Positions 1 to 10,673 of a stretch of DNA of 40,494 bases are shown here, piece after piece. The notes beneath the pieces were generated by a model, which saw only the letters and a list, made by a program, of their open reading frames with translations, had not been told where the DNA came from and made no database searches. The translations under genes and the position numbers were made by a program. The stretch's first letter is position 1, and every line of letters starts with the position of its first letter. The stretch covers positions 1-40,494 of the forward strand of contig BLSG01000044.1 of NCBI GenBank assembly GCA_012862495.1. The letters run 5' to 3'. The stretch is from Thraustochytrium aureum (Eukaryota).

Positions 1-69
1 CCAGTCTGCAGCGACCGCTGTGCAGAGCAGAGCTGCGATGGACGACATGAAAGCAACTTGGCTGTCCAT
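1..69 (-). CDS. Possible 5' end of a gene running off the window, with a signal-peptide-like N-terminus (MDSQVAFMSSIAALLCTAVAADW...)
   Basis: ATG at 69 in acaATGG context; frame open to the window edge; hydrophobic stretch ending in small residues. Only 23 codons are visible. Confidence 0.25.
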   Translation of the reverse strand, partial: MDSQVAFMSSIAALLCTAVAADW

Positions 70-778
70 TGTGGGCACACGGGACTTGCGCGCCTTCCCT
101 GGCTGACTTTAAAAGTTTTCAACTAAGCAAACGCGGACCCTGCGAAAGAATCGCGAACCAAGGCCGAACTTGTTTGATTGAGCAAGAGATTGTCGACAAG
201 AGAGCTCAAGTGACGTTCCCAACCGGGAACGCCCCTTGTGAGGAGGATCGGGCGAGGTACGGGCGTTTTACTCTCAGAGTTTACTTGCCGTGATTGCTTT
301 GGGTACTGTGCTGGTTGCGGATCGCTGCGGGTCTGCTGCTCCATTGGCAAGGCTGGACCAGCATGAATTGGCGGAAGTTGATGCCACATTGGCGGTTAGC
401 AGTTCTGATTCGCTCCCACGCGCTGGGCAGTTCACGGTCGCCTGGTATGACCGCGCACTGCTTGCCATGATTCTATGCAGCCAGGTATGGTCACGTCTCA
501 GGTCATCCTGGGATGACAGCATGCGGTCCGTGCTGCGACCGCATACTGTCGACTCCCTGAGGGCGTCAACCGCGATTGCACGGTCGAGGCCTTGAGAAAA
601 CAGAATGCGCGACCTCAAAACGATGAAAGAAAAGGCGCTGCCAAACCTGTGATTAGGGTCAGGCAGCGCCAGCACGGACGTTTCGCTGCGCCACGAAGGC
701 GGCTCGCTTGGAGAGAACCAACAGGGGGAAAATGATTGCCTGATTTTCCATGTGCCACTTCCGTCTCTGCAAAATGAG

Positions 779-2761
779 CTAGAAGGCGTACGGCTCAGTG
801 TGGACATCGAGCCGCATTGGGCTTGCAGCCGCAAAGGTCACGTTCTCGAGCCCAGCGGGCCCGCAAACGTGAATTTCCAAAGGTGGGCACCCCAAGGCAG
901 CCGAGCGTGACGCTGCTTCAGCAATCTTTGCCTCGAGATCCGGTCGTCCACGCTGGACCTTGGTCAAGGTGCTGAACACTGCGCCTTCCTGGACAATTTC
1001 GTCGCAAGCCTCGGCCCTTTGCGGTTCAGAGGCCCCCGATGAGATCCCTGACCCAAAGCTCGAGCGTGGTGAAATAACAATCGGAGGAAAGACAAACGCG
1101 CGGAGAGCGACAGCGACCAGGACAGGGGCAAGGGCCCCAATCAATGCAAAGACAGCAGCAAAGAAGAAAAGGTAGCCACGCTCGCCGTCAAAGTCGAGTT
1201 CTCGTGACTCGTCCTTTGTGAAGATGTAGCCGTAGTGCACACCGAACATCGCACCGAACGCGCTCGACAGGTTGGTGATTGCCTTCCAGGCTGGGTGAGA
1301 AACAAGGTCCGTATCATAGCCACGATGCTGGTTCGTCTGATCGTGCAGCAACTTGACTTGCTTGGCGGTTGCGCCGCCTTCGACGTCCTCGTCCCGTGCG
1401 GTGTAGTAGACATCCACAATGACCCCGACTTGACGAAGTGCCTCGAGTTTGTCTTCAAAAGCTTCGAGGAGACTCTGTGAGGGCGAGACCCAGATTAAGC
1501 CAACAAACTTGCATGGGATGCTTTTGGTAACGGCGTCCCTCGCGGCAAGCAGATGTGCAGTTATCCCAATCCCGCCGGAGATGAAGAGCACGCCTCCCTC
1601 CGACACAGGGTCCCCCCCGAACGGGCCGCTCAATCGCACCAACGGCGGCTCATGTAGCTCGGCGACCAGCTTGCCAAGCTTGTTCGACCAGCGACCGAGG
1701 TGGCGAACGTCAAAAGTGAGCGTGCTGGCTTCGACATTCACGTCCGAGACGCTCATCGGGTGCCATTCGAGCGCCGAGACCTGTGGTAGATTCAAGAAAA
1801 ACCATTGGCCTGCGCCGCGCACCTTGCACCCAGGCCGCATCGCCACCACGAGCCGAGTGCTGTCCCCATCCGTCAAAACCTGAAGCACAGTGCACGTTCG
1901 GCGCGCTCGACCCGCTGTGAGCACTTTATCCACGGCATAGGCGACCATGCCGGGCAGAGCATGAAGAAGAACAGCGCGATCGTGCACGGCTCCGAAGGCG
2001 AAAAACGGCACAAACATCCAGTGGGCGATGTAGAAAATGCGGTAGTTCCAGCGGCGAACCGTTTCGAACGAAGTGATCATGATGATTATCGCCGCTGCCG
2101 TAGCGATCTCGCCGTAGATGTTGATCCAGACAAGGCGCTCTCGGCAGTATGCATCTTCGGGTACTACCTTGGTCCAGCCCATGCAATACGACAGGCTGCG
2201 CGCTTTCCAGTACGTAGCCACACCGAGAACAGCGTGAAGCAGCGTGAGGAGGATGACGACAACGCCGCTCCAACGGTGCCAGCGCACGGCGCGCTCAAAA
2301 CCGACGTTAAAAAGCTCGAGCCAGAACGAGTGCTTGCAGATCGCTGGGATGAGAAAGAGCAGATTGATGGCCAGACCGACGCCAAACATCCTGCAGGCCG
2401 CCATCAGGGCACTTTCAGTCGTGAACTCGCGGCCACGCGATTCGAACCGCGCTTTGCGTTGCATATAGTAGTCGTACATGGCCACGCTCTGCGCGGCGCC
2501 ACACAAGAGGACGAGGGCTACCTCGATTGTACTCACGTAGCCAATGTACCAGACCTTGACGTGGCTTGGGCGGGGTAGCCAGCTGAGCCGTGCTTTGGCC
2601 GACGGTGCGAGATAGATGGAGAGGTAGGCGAAAGCTGCGCAGAAACAGCAGATCCACACCGTGTACACCCAGATAGTTTGCGCTGTGCTGCCTTGGACTT
2701 GTCCAACTTCTGGTAGGTTGTCACTGAGCCAAGTGGTCGCCGCGTTCTCGCGCTCGCTCAT
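779..2761 (-). CDS. Ferric reductase / NADPH-oxidase-family flavocytochrome (FRE/FRO-like); true start may be 2871
   Basis: 660-aa ORF with TM segments and paired haem-ligand His (WHRWSG...LLHAV; YIAHWMF...AVHD). FAD motif EWHPMSVS; NAD(P)H motifs GPFG, ISGGIGIT, VCGP; C-terminal HTEPYAF. Confidence 0.9.
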   Translation of the reverse strand: MSERENAATTWLSDNLPEVGQVQGSTAQTIWVYTVWICCFCAAFAYLSIYLAPSAKARLSWLPRPSHVKVWYIGYVSTIEVALVLLCGAAQSVAMYDYYMQRKARFESRGREFTTESALMAACRMFGVGLAINLLFLIPAICKHSFWLELFNVGFERAVRWHRWSGVVVILLTLLHAVLGVATYWKARSLSYCMGWTKVVPEDAYCRERLVWINIYGEIATAAAIIIMITSFETVRRWNYRIFYIAHWMFVPFFAFGAVHDRAVLLHALPGMVAYAVDKVLTAGRARRTCTVLQVLTDGDSTRLVVAMRPGCKVRGAGQWFFLNLPQVSALEWHPMSVSDVNVEASTLTFDVRHLGRWSNKLGKLVAELHEPPLVRLSGPFGGDPVSEGGVLFISGGIGITAHLLAARDAVTKSIPCKFVGLIWVSPSQSLLEAFEDKLEALRQVGVIVDVYYTARDEDVEGGATAKQVKLLHDQTNQHRGYDTDLVSHPAWKAITNLSSAFGAMFGVHYGYIFTKDESRELDFDGERGYLFFFAAVFALIGALAPVLVAVALRAFVFPPIVISPRSSFGSGISSGASEPQRAEACDEIVQEGAVFSTLTKVQRGRPDLEAKIAEAASRSAALGCPPLEIHVCGPAGLENVTFAAASPMRLDVHTEPYAF

Positions 2762-3397
2762 CAGCGCATAAACATGACCCAGATTCCAGCAGCTGCCACA
2801 ATGAAGGAGAAAACGCGCGCAGTCCGCTCGCGCAGCTCTGCGTGGTTGCGCATCTCGCGCCTGGTTTGCATGTTATGTTTTGTTTGTTCTCTCTCCCTTG
2901 CTGNNNNNNNNNNNNNNNNNNNNNNNNNNNNNNNNNNNNNNNNNNNNNNNNNNNNNNNNNNNNNNNNNNNNNNNNNNNNNNNNNNNNNNNNNNNNNNNNN
3001 NNNNNNNNNNNNNNNNNNNNNNNNNNNNNNNNNNNNNNNNNNNNNNNNNNNNNNNNNNNNNNNNNNNNNNNNNNNNNNNNNNNNNNNNNNNNNNNNNNNN
3101 NNNNNNNNNNNNNNNNNNNNNNNNNNNNNNNNNNNNNNNNNNNNNNNNNNNNNNNNNNNNNNNNNNNNNNNNNNNNNNNNNNNNNNNNNNNNNNNNNNNN
3201 NNNNNNNNNNNNNNNNNNNNNNNNNNNNNNNNNNNNNNNNNNNNNNNNNNNNNNNNNNNNNNNNNNNNNNNNNNNNNNNNNNNNNNNNNNNNNNNNNNNN
3301 NNNNNNNNNNNNNNNNNNNNNNNNNNNNNNNNNNNNNNNNNNNNNNNNNNNNNNNNNNNNNNNNNNNNNNNNNNNNNNNNNNNNNNNNNNNNNNNNN

Positions 3398-3840
3398 TCT
3401 ACCCGACTGTTTGATCTTGAGACAAAGGAAGCGACTGAGCGAAAAAGCAAGGCGCGGTTCGTCAAAAGCTCGTGGAAGGCCTTCGTGCAGCTGGACGACG
3501 CCAGCAAGCAGCAACAGCAAGGCCAAGGCCTTCCTTCCTTCAGCAAGGACCAGAACCGGCCCAAGAACGAGACGAAGAAGAACGTGCTGGCTTCATGCAT
3601 GGCAGACAACCACGTCGGGTAGGTCAACATCAGCCAGAGCACGCTCGTCCTCGAGAGGCGCGAGCGCCGCGGAACGCTCAAGGCGTCGCCGCGGGGGTGG
3701 CGCTTGCGCGAAAGCCGCTGGGCAAGGCTGCGAAGACGCTCAAGCCCACGCCAGCGCCCTTGTCAGTGTCCTCCAAGAAAAAACAATTATTGGCTCGACG
3801 CTCCACTAACCAAAATTCACCTAAAACACCCAGCCTTTAA
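3398..3840 (+). CDS. Possible 3' fragment of a hypothetical gene emerging from the N-gap
   Basis: GC3-rich, Lys/Gln-rich frame after the gap to TAG 3622. A second frame (RKPLGKAAKTLKP...) continues to TAA 3840, followed by AT-rich sequence. No homology recognised. Confidence 0.25.
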
Positions 3841-4355
3841 AGATTAATTATTGGCTTGTCGTGCGACAACCTGATCAGGCGCTAGCTAGAGTTCTTACGA
3901 AGTACAATGACAACGAGCGCGAGGTACTGTCCAAGCCCGACTCGCACTGGTGTGGCGCCTCTTTCAGCGATGCGGTGAACGGTCTGGTTGATTTCTTTGT
4001 TCCGAAGCAAGCGTTCCGCCATGCAAGCAACGCCAAGCTACCTGTTGTTTTTCGAGAGCAAAGTCCAGGTACTCTGCCTTGTGGGCGATTCGATTGACCA
4101 GCCTGGCAACTGGCGGCTTTGCAAAGATTGCCGACGCTCGCTTGCGGCTGTCAAGTCAGCTACCGGCAGCCAGCCCAGCCACAGCCCAACACTTGAAGTC
4201 CCTAGCTAGACCTCGAGTCGAGCGCAGCTGTCTGAGGGATAGATAGATCTATCTAGACGGGGGGGGCGACGACCGGTGCGGTGCGGACGGGCGAAAAGGA
4301 ATCGATCAAGCCAGTCAGTCAGTCACTCAACCGACCAGTAGTGCCTGCCGCAAGG

Positions 4356-5079
4356 ATGGCCGAAGAGGAAGACCCGTTCGGGTTCGTTGACGACAGCGGC
4401 GAGGCAGGCGCCCTCAGCGCTGCCGCTCAGGAAGACGACGACCCCTTTCAAGGCGAAGACGACGGGCCGTCCGGATATGACGCGTTCGGCGAAGAAGCTG
4501 GCGACGTCCAGGACGACGACGCCTTTGGCGAGGTGGACCAGCTGGGCGGGAGCACGAATGGGGCTGGTGGTGGTCTTGACGCGGGCTCTGGCCTGGGTGG
4601 CGAATTCGAAACTCTTCAGGGCGATGGCGAGATCGACAGTAACACGCTCCGGCAAGACCCACCCACCGCGGGCGGCACCAATCCCCTTGACCTCTCAATC
4701 GGAACCAACCCGGTGGCAACGGTGAGTGGCGGGGACGACAACGGCGCGTTGCGTGCCTTCGAGCGCAAGTGGCAGGCTGAAATCCAGGAGAAGGATGCCA
4801 AACACCAGGCGGAGAAGGAGCGCCTGCGCGAGGTTGCCCAGCAAGAGCTGGCCAAGCACGTGGCAGAAGTCAAATCGCGGCTCGAAGCCAAGGCTAAAGC
4901 TAACCGCATTCACGAAGAGGAGCTCGCCAATGCGATCAACGAGGCACTCACCGCGGAAAACCCTTGGGAGCGCATCACTACGCTTGTGGACACGGGGGCT
5001 CCCAAAGAGAAGGTGTCCAAGGACCCGGCTCGCATGCGTGGGCTTTTGATCCAGCTTAAGAATGAGCCTCTGCCTCAGG
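4356..5079 (+). CDS. CLC: Clathrin light chain (stop codon lost in N-gap)
   Basis: Acidic N-terminus MAEEEDPF; coiled coil KWQAEIQEKDAK...; C-terminal NPWERITTLVD...KDPARMRGLLIQLK typical of clathrin light chains. Confidence 0.88.
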
Positions 5080-5408
5080 NNNNNNNNNNNNNNNNNNNNN
5101 NNNNNNNNNNNNNNNNNNNNNNNNNNNNNNNNNNNNNNNNNNNNNNNNNNNNNNNNNNNNNNNNNNNNNNNNNNNNNNNNNNNNNNNNNNNNNNNNNNNN
5201 NNNNNNNNNNNNNNNNNNNNNNNNNNNNNNNNNNNNNNNNNNNNNNNNNNNNNNNNNNNNNNNNNNNNNNNNNNNNNNNNNNNCCGACCGCCTAGGCTGT
5301 TTGTTGCTCGCATTGAGGTCAACGGACGAAAAGGAACACGAGGTGAAAAGAAGAGAAATCTTTCCTCCAACGTTCCGAGCTAGCTTGGCGCTGCCCGAGA
5401 TTGCCAGA

Positions 5409-6091
5409 CTACTCCTCCGCTTGCGCCTCCTTGGTCTTCTGGTCCCGAATCTGCCCTTGTAGCGTTTGAATCTGCTCCATAACAACGCATTAGCCAACCG
5501 CAGCCGAGTCCGCCGTCTGGGTCACCTTTGCGTCTCGCGGAAACGCCGTCATCGATCAACAGCAGCAACGTACCTGCTTCATCAGCTTTTCCTTGTCGGC
5601 ATCCTTGGCCTTGAACGCGTCGCCGAGGCGCAATCTGCGCTCACGCAGGGATCTGTCAGTTGCCGAGCGCTGGGCTCGTCGGCGAACCAACCCGTACAGC
5701 AACGAGACTTACACCTCCGACTCGAGCCTGTCAAGGCGCTGCTTGACGGTCACCTTGGCGTCGCTCAGGTCCAGCTTGACCAGAACGGGCCCCATCGCCT
5801 TGAAGACCTCCGAGTCATCGTCGAGCAGTTCGAGCTCTGAGCGCACCGCACTTTCTGTTAGACTTGGTCAACGAGTCTCGAACCTGGCCTTTCAAGCGAG
5901 CGACCGGTCCACCATGACACAAGTCGTCCGCCCCACCGCAACTCACCGTCCTGCACCGTCCTGTTCTCAAGGAGCTGCGAGCGAAGTGCCGTCACCGACT
6001 GCTCGATCTTTTGCTGCTCCACTTCCAGAGCCTGGTATTTTTCAACCAACTTGTTCCCTTCCAGCTCAAGCTCTTCGCTCTTGGTCGCCAT
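5409..6091 (-). CDS. PFDN6: Prefoldin subunit 6, 4 exons (5947-6091, 5713-5836, 5574-5634, 5409-5471), 130 aa
   Basis: Manual splicing at GTGAGT/GTAAGT/GTACGT donors and CAG acceptors, with CTAAC/CTGAC/CTAAT branch sites. Product includes QLLENRTVQDELELLDDDSEVFKAMGPVLVKLDLSDAKVTVKQRLDRLESEV, the beta-prefoldin/PFDN6 pattern. Confidence 0.9.
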
Positions 6092-6887
6092 GGTCGAGCC
6101 GCACAGAGAGTAGATGCCGCAGCTCCTCGCGCACTCCCGCCCGCGCTCGAGGTAATCAATCTCACCCTGGTTGAGAGTCTGATCTGTCCTGTTCGAACGT
6201 TGGGCTGCCCACGCCGACCACGTCAGAAGTGGCCCCGCTGAAGACGACGGAATCGTGCGAGTTTACGTCGTGAAGAGCGGCGAACGTGACGCACAGCACG
6301 GCGGGTCTGCGGAACGCAAATGCCCGTACAGTGCGTTGATCGATGAGATTCGTGGTTGCCAGCCAGCTGCATGCAAACCGTTGCCAAGACACAGCAACAG
6401 ATCCTCATCATCATGGCACGATGAGGATCAACAGCGGCAGGAGCAGAGGCCCCAATCGATCTCGTCTCGGTTGACTACTGTAGTCAACCTGCAGCCGTGA
6501 TGGTGTGAGTGGGCAACAGGAGAGGCTGCCGGGAGTGGTACGTTCGCTCGGCGCAAGCCAGCCAGGGCGAGGGCGGGACTGGCTGGAGATGCGTGGGGCG
6601 GGAGGCGCGCGCCAGCGGCTTGTTTGCGCGACAATAGCTAGCTTGACCGGGAGCCCCTTGAGCCCAGCCGCGTGGTCTTTAGCTTCAACAAGACTCACCA
6701 ACTCAAAAAGGGGCAGATTCCGTGCCATTCCCTTTACCCGAGGGCTTGGTTTGTCTTTATTTTGGTCGTGGTGCTAAGTGGCTTCGACCGCTATGGTATC
6801 GACATAAATATCCCAGACCCTTGTTGTGCTGCTTGCCACATGTGCGCTTGATCTGCTCGCTTGGGTCACGCTAACGAAGACAGCCTC

Positions 6888-6971
6888 GCCAGCCAACCAG
6901 CGCCAGCCAACCAGCGCCAGCCAGCCAGCGCCAGCCAACCAGCGCCAGCCAACCAGCGCCAGCCAACCAGC
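6888..6971. repeat. Minisatellite, 14-bp unit GCCAGCCAACCAGC x6
   Basis: Directly visible tandem array with one variant unit. Confidence 0.9.
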
Positions 6972-7662
6972 ACAAGGCAACAGTTGAACGCTCTGGTCTA
7001 CCAACCCGTTCTGCGAGCCCTTCCAAGCTTCTCGAGCACGCCGACGGCGCAGTTCTGCTTTTCTGTACATGCAAGTACCCACCCACTCAAACATACCCAC
7101 TTCGCTTAGCTTTTCTCGTCGCGCCAATGTTGGTCCTGTTGCGTGGCGAACGATCCCAGACTTGGCGCTTTGCTCGCTTGCCTGACCTGACCTGACACTG
7201 TCGCACCCGCGTACTGTACTCGACCTTACTCTCCTACTTGCACCTCTGCGAGTTGCTTGCACGACACTCACTCGGCCTCTTCCTTGTACTGGAGGGAGTA
7301 NNNNNNNNNNNNNNNNNNNNNNNNNNNNNNNNNNNNNNNNNNNNNNNNNNNNNNNNNNNNNNNNNNNNNNNNNNNNNNNNNNNNNNNNNNNNNNNNNNNN
7401 NNNNNNNNNNNNNNNNNNNNNNNNNNNNNNNNNNNNNNGGGCGTGTCGGGATGTTCTCTGTGAGCCCCGAGAGTCGCCAAACATAATGTGCAGCCATGCG
7501 CGGTGGTTTGGCCACTTCGTCGCAGAGCTCGGAGTGGCAAGACGACTGCCAAACGGCCGCCGCACCGAGGCGGCAGAGCCCCTTCGCAGCTGGTAGCCTT
7601 CTCCTTGCGCGCGCTGATCCTGACGTCTAGCTAGAGTTGTGAAGGAAACGAGCATCTTGCAA

Positions 7663-9469
7663 ATGGCACTCGCAGAGCTCAACCGCGAGGCGCCAGAGTA
7701 TGTGAGCCTGCTCTCCAAAGGACAGCTTCGAGCTGCAGAGACGGCCATGCAAGAAGGAGGTCTAGACGGCTACGAGGTTGCTCTGCGCCTGGCAGTCGTT
7801 CAGGTGCTGAGGCAAATCCTAAGCGGGGACAAAAAACTCGCTGAGGCCTGCCTCCAGCGCCTCGCCACGGCCGAAGTACAATGCGGCAAAGCGGCCCAGG
7901 ACGCGCAAGCTCGCTTCACGGAACAGTCCCACGCGTCAAGGTCCTTGCTCATGGCGCTCTCGTTCAGGCCTACATTTGCGCACCCGTGGACCGAAGGAAC
8001 TGGACCTGGGCGCACCGAGTTGCTCGACGAGTCCGCCGTTCGAGCGTTGGTGGAGTGGCGGCGCGCCGAAGGAATGCGCGCGCTTGCCTTCCTTCTGCGT
8101 GGCGTGATACAATTCAGCAAACACGCCTACATGAAAGGGGCGCTCAGCCTGCGATCAAGTTGGTTGTTGTGCAGGAACGCTGGTCATCCGAACCAAGACG
8201 ACCCCGCCGACACGGACCGCTTCGCTCATTTGGTCAAGGGGATATTTATGGTCATGCTCAGCAACATGCCTCCATTCCTGCAAACTGTCTTCAAGGTTAT
8301 TGGGTTTGAGTCTGACCGTGAGCAAGGTCTCAAAATTCTCAAGGCTTGCTTCAGCTCCGACGACTACGAGCCGCGAGTTTTTCGCAACGATTCTTGTCAC
8401 AATCAATCACCTGATGATGAGCCAGCAAGAGTACTCGGAGAACGCAAAACACCACATGGACGAGGCCACTGCACTAGTCGCGCAAGAGCTCGACCGCACA
8501 CCAGGCTCGCTGCTCGTACTTCTCGTCCAGTCCCACGTCGTGCGCCGGCAGGGAAAGATCGAACAGGCTGTCGAGATTATCGACCGCATCACGCCGCTCG
8601 TGCAGCACGAGATTGCAATGCTCGGCCAAAGTGGCCTGCACGCGTATAGACTCGAGTTTGACCGCGCCATGCTGTACTTTGTGACACGCGAATTTGCCGC
8701 GGCTGCTGCCCTCCTCGAGCCTCTGGCAAGCCCCGACAGCGCCTTTGGGGCGCGCGTCCTCGCTTCGGCCGTCCTGGCTGCCTGCAAGGGAATGGAGAAA
8801 GGCGTGGCAAGTCGCACTAGCTGCCTTGCCGTGCTGCGCGAGATGGGCAGCGGCGTCGAGCTTGGTCGTGTAGACGCAAGCATCATGCTCAAGAAAGAGA
8901 CTCTGCTCGCAAGAGACAATCAAGAGCTCCTCGGGTTTGAAATCCTCTACGTGTTTGGCCACATCAAGTGTTACTCGCTCGAGCTCACCAGCGACCGCGA
9001 CCGCAACCTCGCCTGGCTCGCTGCACGTCGCGGGGAGCTGGACGCTGCTCTCGAGCGTACCGGGTTCACCCTCGTGTCCTTGTTAGAGTTCGCCACACAT
9101 GGCGCAGCTGCAGAGCGCGAATCGTTGGCAACGCGGCTTGAAGAGGCACTGTGTTGTGCCCTTCTGGCGAGCAACATTTCAACGCTCATGGGCGACCTGG
9201 CCCGCGCTGAGGCCGACCTGACCAAGCTGCTCGCGGTTTGCGCGACGAAGGGCGTCAAGCTTGCAATGCAATCCAAGGACGCATATGTCCCACCTTTTGC
9301 CATGTACGAACTCGCCGTCGCCAAGATGCGTCGGGAGGACCACAAGGAGGCTCGCGCGCTCCTCGTGCAGGCACAAAGAATGTGCAAAGACTCGCGCCAC
9401 GCCTTTTCCTTCTCGCACATTCTTGCGTTCAAGTGCGCTGGTGCCTTGCGTGAATGCAAAGCGCACTGA
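7663..9469 (+). CDS. TTC39/Iml2 (DUF3808) family TPR protein; one frameshift at ~8378-8382; start uncertain
   Basis: Motifs ALSLRSSW, GIFMVMLSNMPPFLQTVFKVIGFESDREQGLKIL and YVPPFAMYELA. The two overlapping ORFs join if one T is removed from a T5 run. Confidence 0.78.
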
Positions 9470-10673
9470 CCTGGGGCCCAGGAGAAAAGAAGCGCACAAG
9501 GGCAAGGTGCGGGAAGCGGCGACTGCCGAGGTCAAGGTCATTCATTCATCTATAGAAAAAACTCATCTGCACTCCACCACCGTACCCTACTCTTCGACAG
9601 TGTTTCTCGTCTTCAATCAATCAATCAGTTGGATCAAAACCTCAATACAGCCCACGTCGCGCCCTATGGCAAGACTCTCCATCCCGCTGTGGCTGCCTAA
9701 TGGGCGGCCCAGAACCTAACTAGCGCAGATTCTTTAGTATCTCCGCCTGGAGTGGAGTGGAGAACATCAATCGGCTTGCGCCTCGCGTTCTTTGCGAACA
9801 AGTTTGCCTCAGGCTGGGTCAACTCCCGGTACGGCAGGTGCGTAGACTTTGGCGTACCGGTAGAGTTCTGTGGAGTAGGGGAAGAGTANNNNNNNNNNNN
9901 NNNNNNNNNNNNNNNNNNNNNNNNNNNNNNNNNNNNNNNNNNNNNNNNNNNNNNNNNNNNNNNNNNNNNNNNNNNNNNNNNNNNNNNNNNNNNNNNNNNN
10001 NNNNNNNNNNNNNNNNNNNNNNNNNNNNNNNNNNNNNNNNNNNNNNNNNNNNNNNNNNNNNNNNNNNNNNNNNNNNNNNNNNNNNNNNNNNNCTCTGCCT
10101 GCTAGAGCTCTCGAGTTGTCATCGAGTTGGCATCAAGGTTTTCGAGGTTCTGTCGTGGCTCTCAGACGTGTTCGATTCTCCGCAGGCTTCCAGCTGCTGC
10201 GAGCAAAGTTGTCGAATCGAGATGAGCGAAGAGGCTCTGCCGAACCTTCGGCAGCACGAGCTGGGCGCCTTGCTGCGCCTCTGATCAGGTGAGGCTGCAC
10301 ATCGCCATCGCAGCAGCTCTCGAGGCTCACAACCGGCATAACGAACAAAGGAATAGCCACTCGCACGAACCACGACCTCGACGAGAAGCACTGGCACGAG
10401 CAGACAAGCAGGTGATGCTGGAGACGCTAAGTACCCCATTCGAGTACCACCGTGCTCCTCTTTCCTCTCGTGCGCGAACGAGCCGCTGGAGAACGAGCGC
10501 ACGCCCGAAGAGACCAGACGCGAGCTCTGCACGCAGTCGAAAGCACTCCAGGCCACTTGATTCCGACAGCGACGCGACAGCCAGCCTTTCGCCTATCCAC
10601 CGCAGCCCGCGACACGACCCTGGAGCAGGGGGCAACTCGTATCCTGTGTTGAATTGTGCCATCAGCATCGAGA

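Noticed and set aside
274..834. 186-aa minus-strand ORF ending in SKL (PTS1-like)
   Set aside because: Overlaps the reductase 3' end, has no recognisable domain and lacks a credible start; SKL is probably chance.
6162..6777. Short ORFs and a candidate GTGAGT donor / CAG acceptor upstream of PFDN6
   Set aside because: No splice combination I tried gave a long or recognisable protein.
8377..8425. 49-nt GT...AG segment that would repair the TTC39 frameshift as an intron
   Set aside because: The donor GTTTTT does not match the donors seen elsewhere in the window, and splicing would delete a conserved helix.
9697..10556. Open minus-strand frames either side of the 9889-10092 gap
   Set aside because: Interrupted by stops, weak codon bias and no homology recognised.
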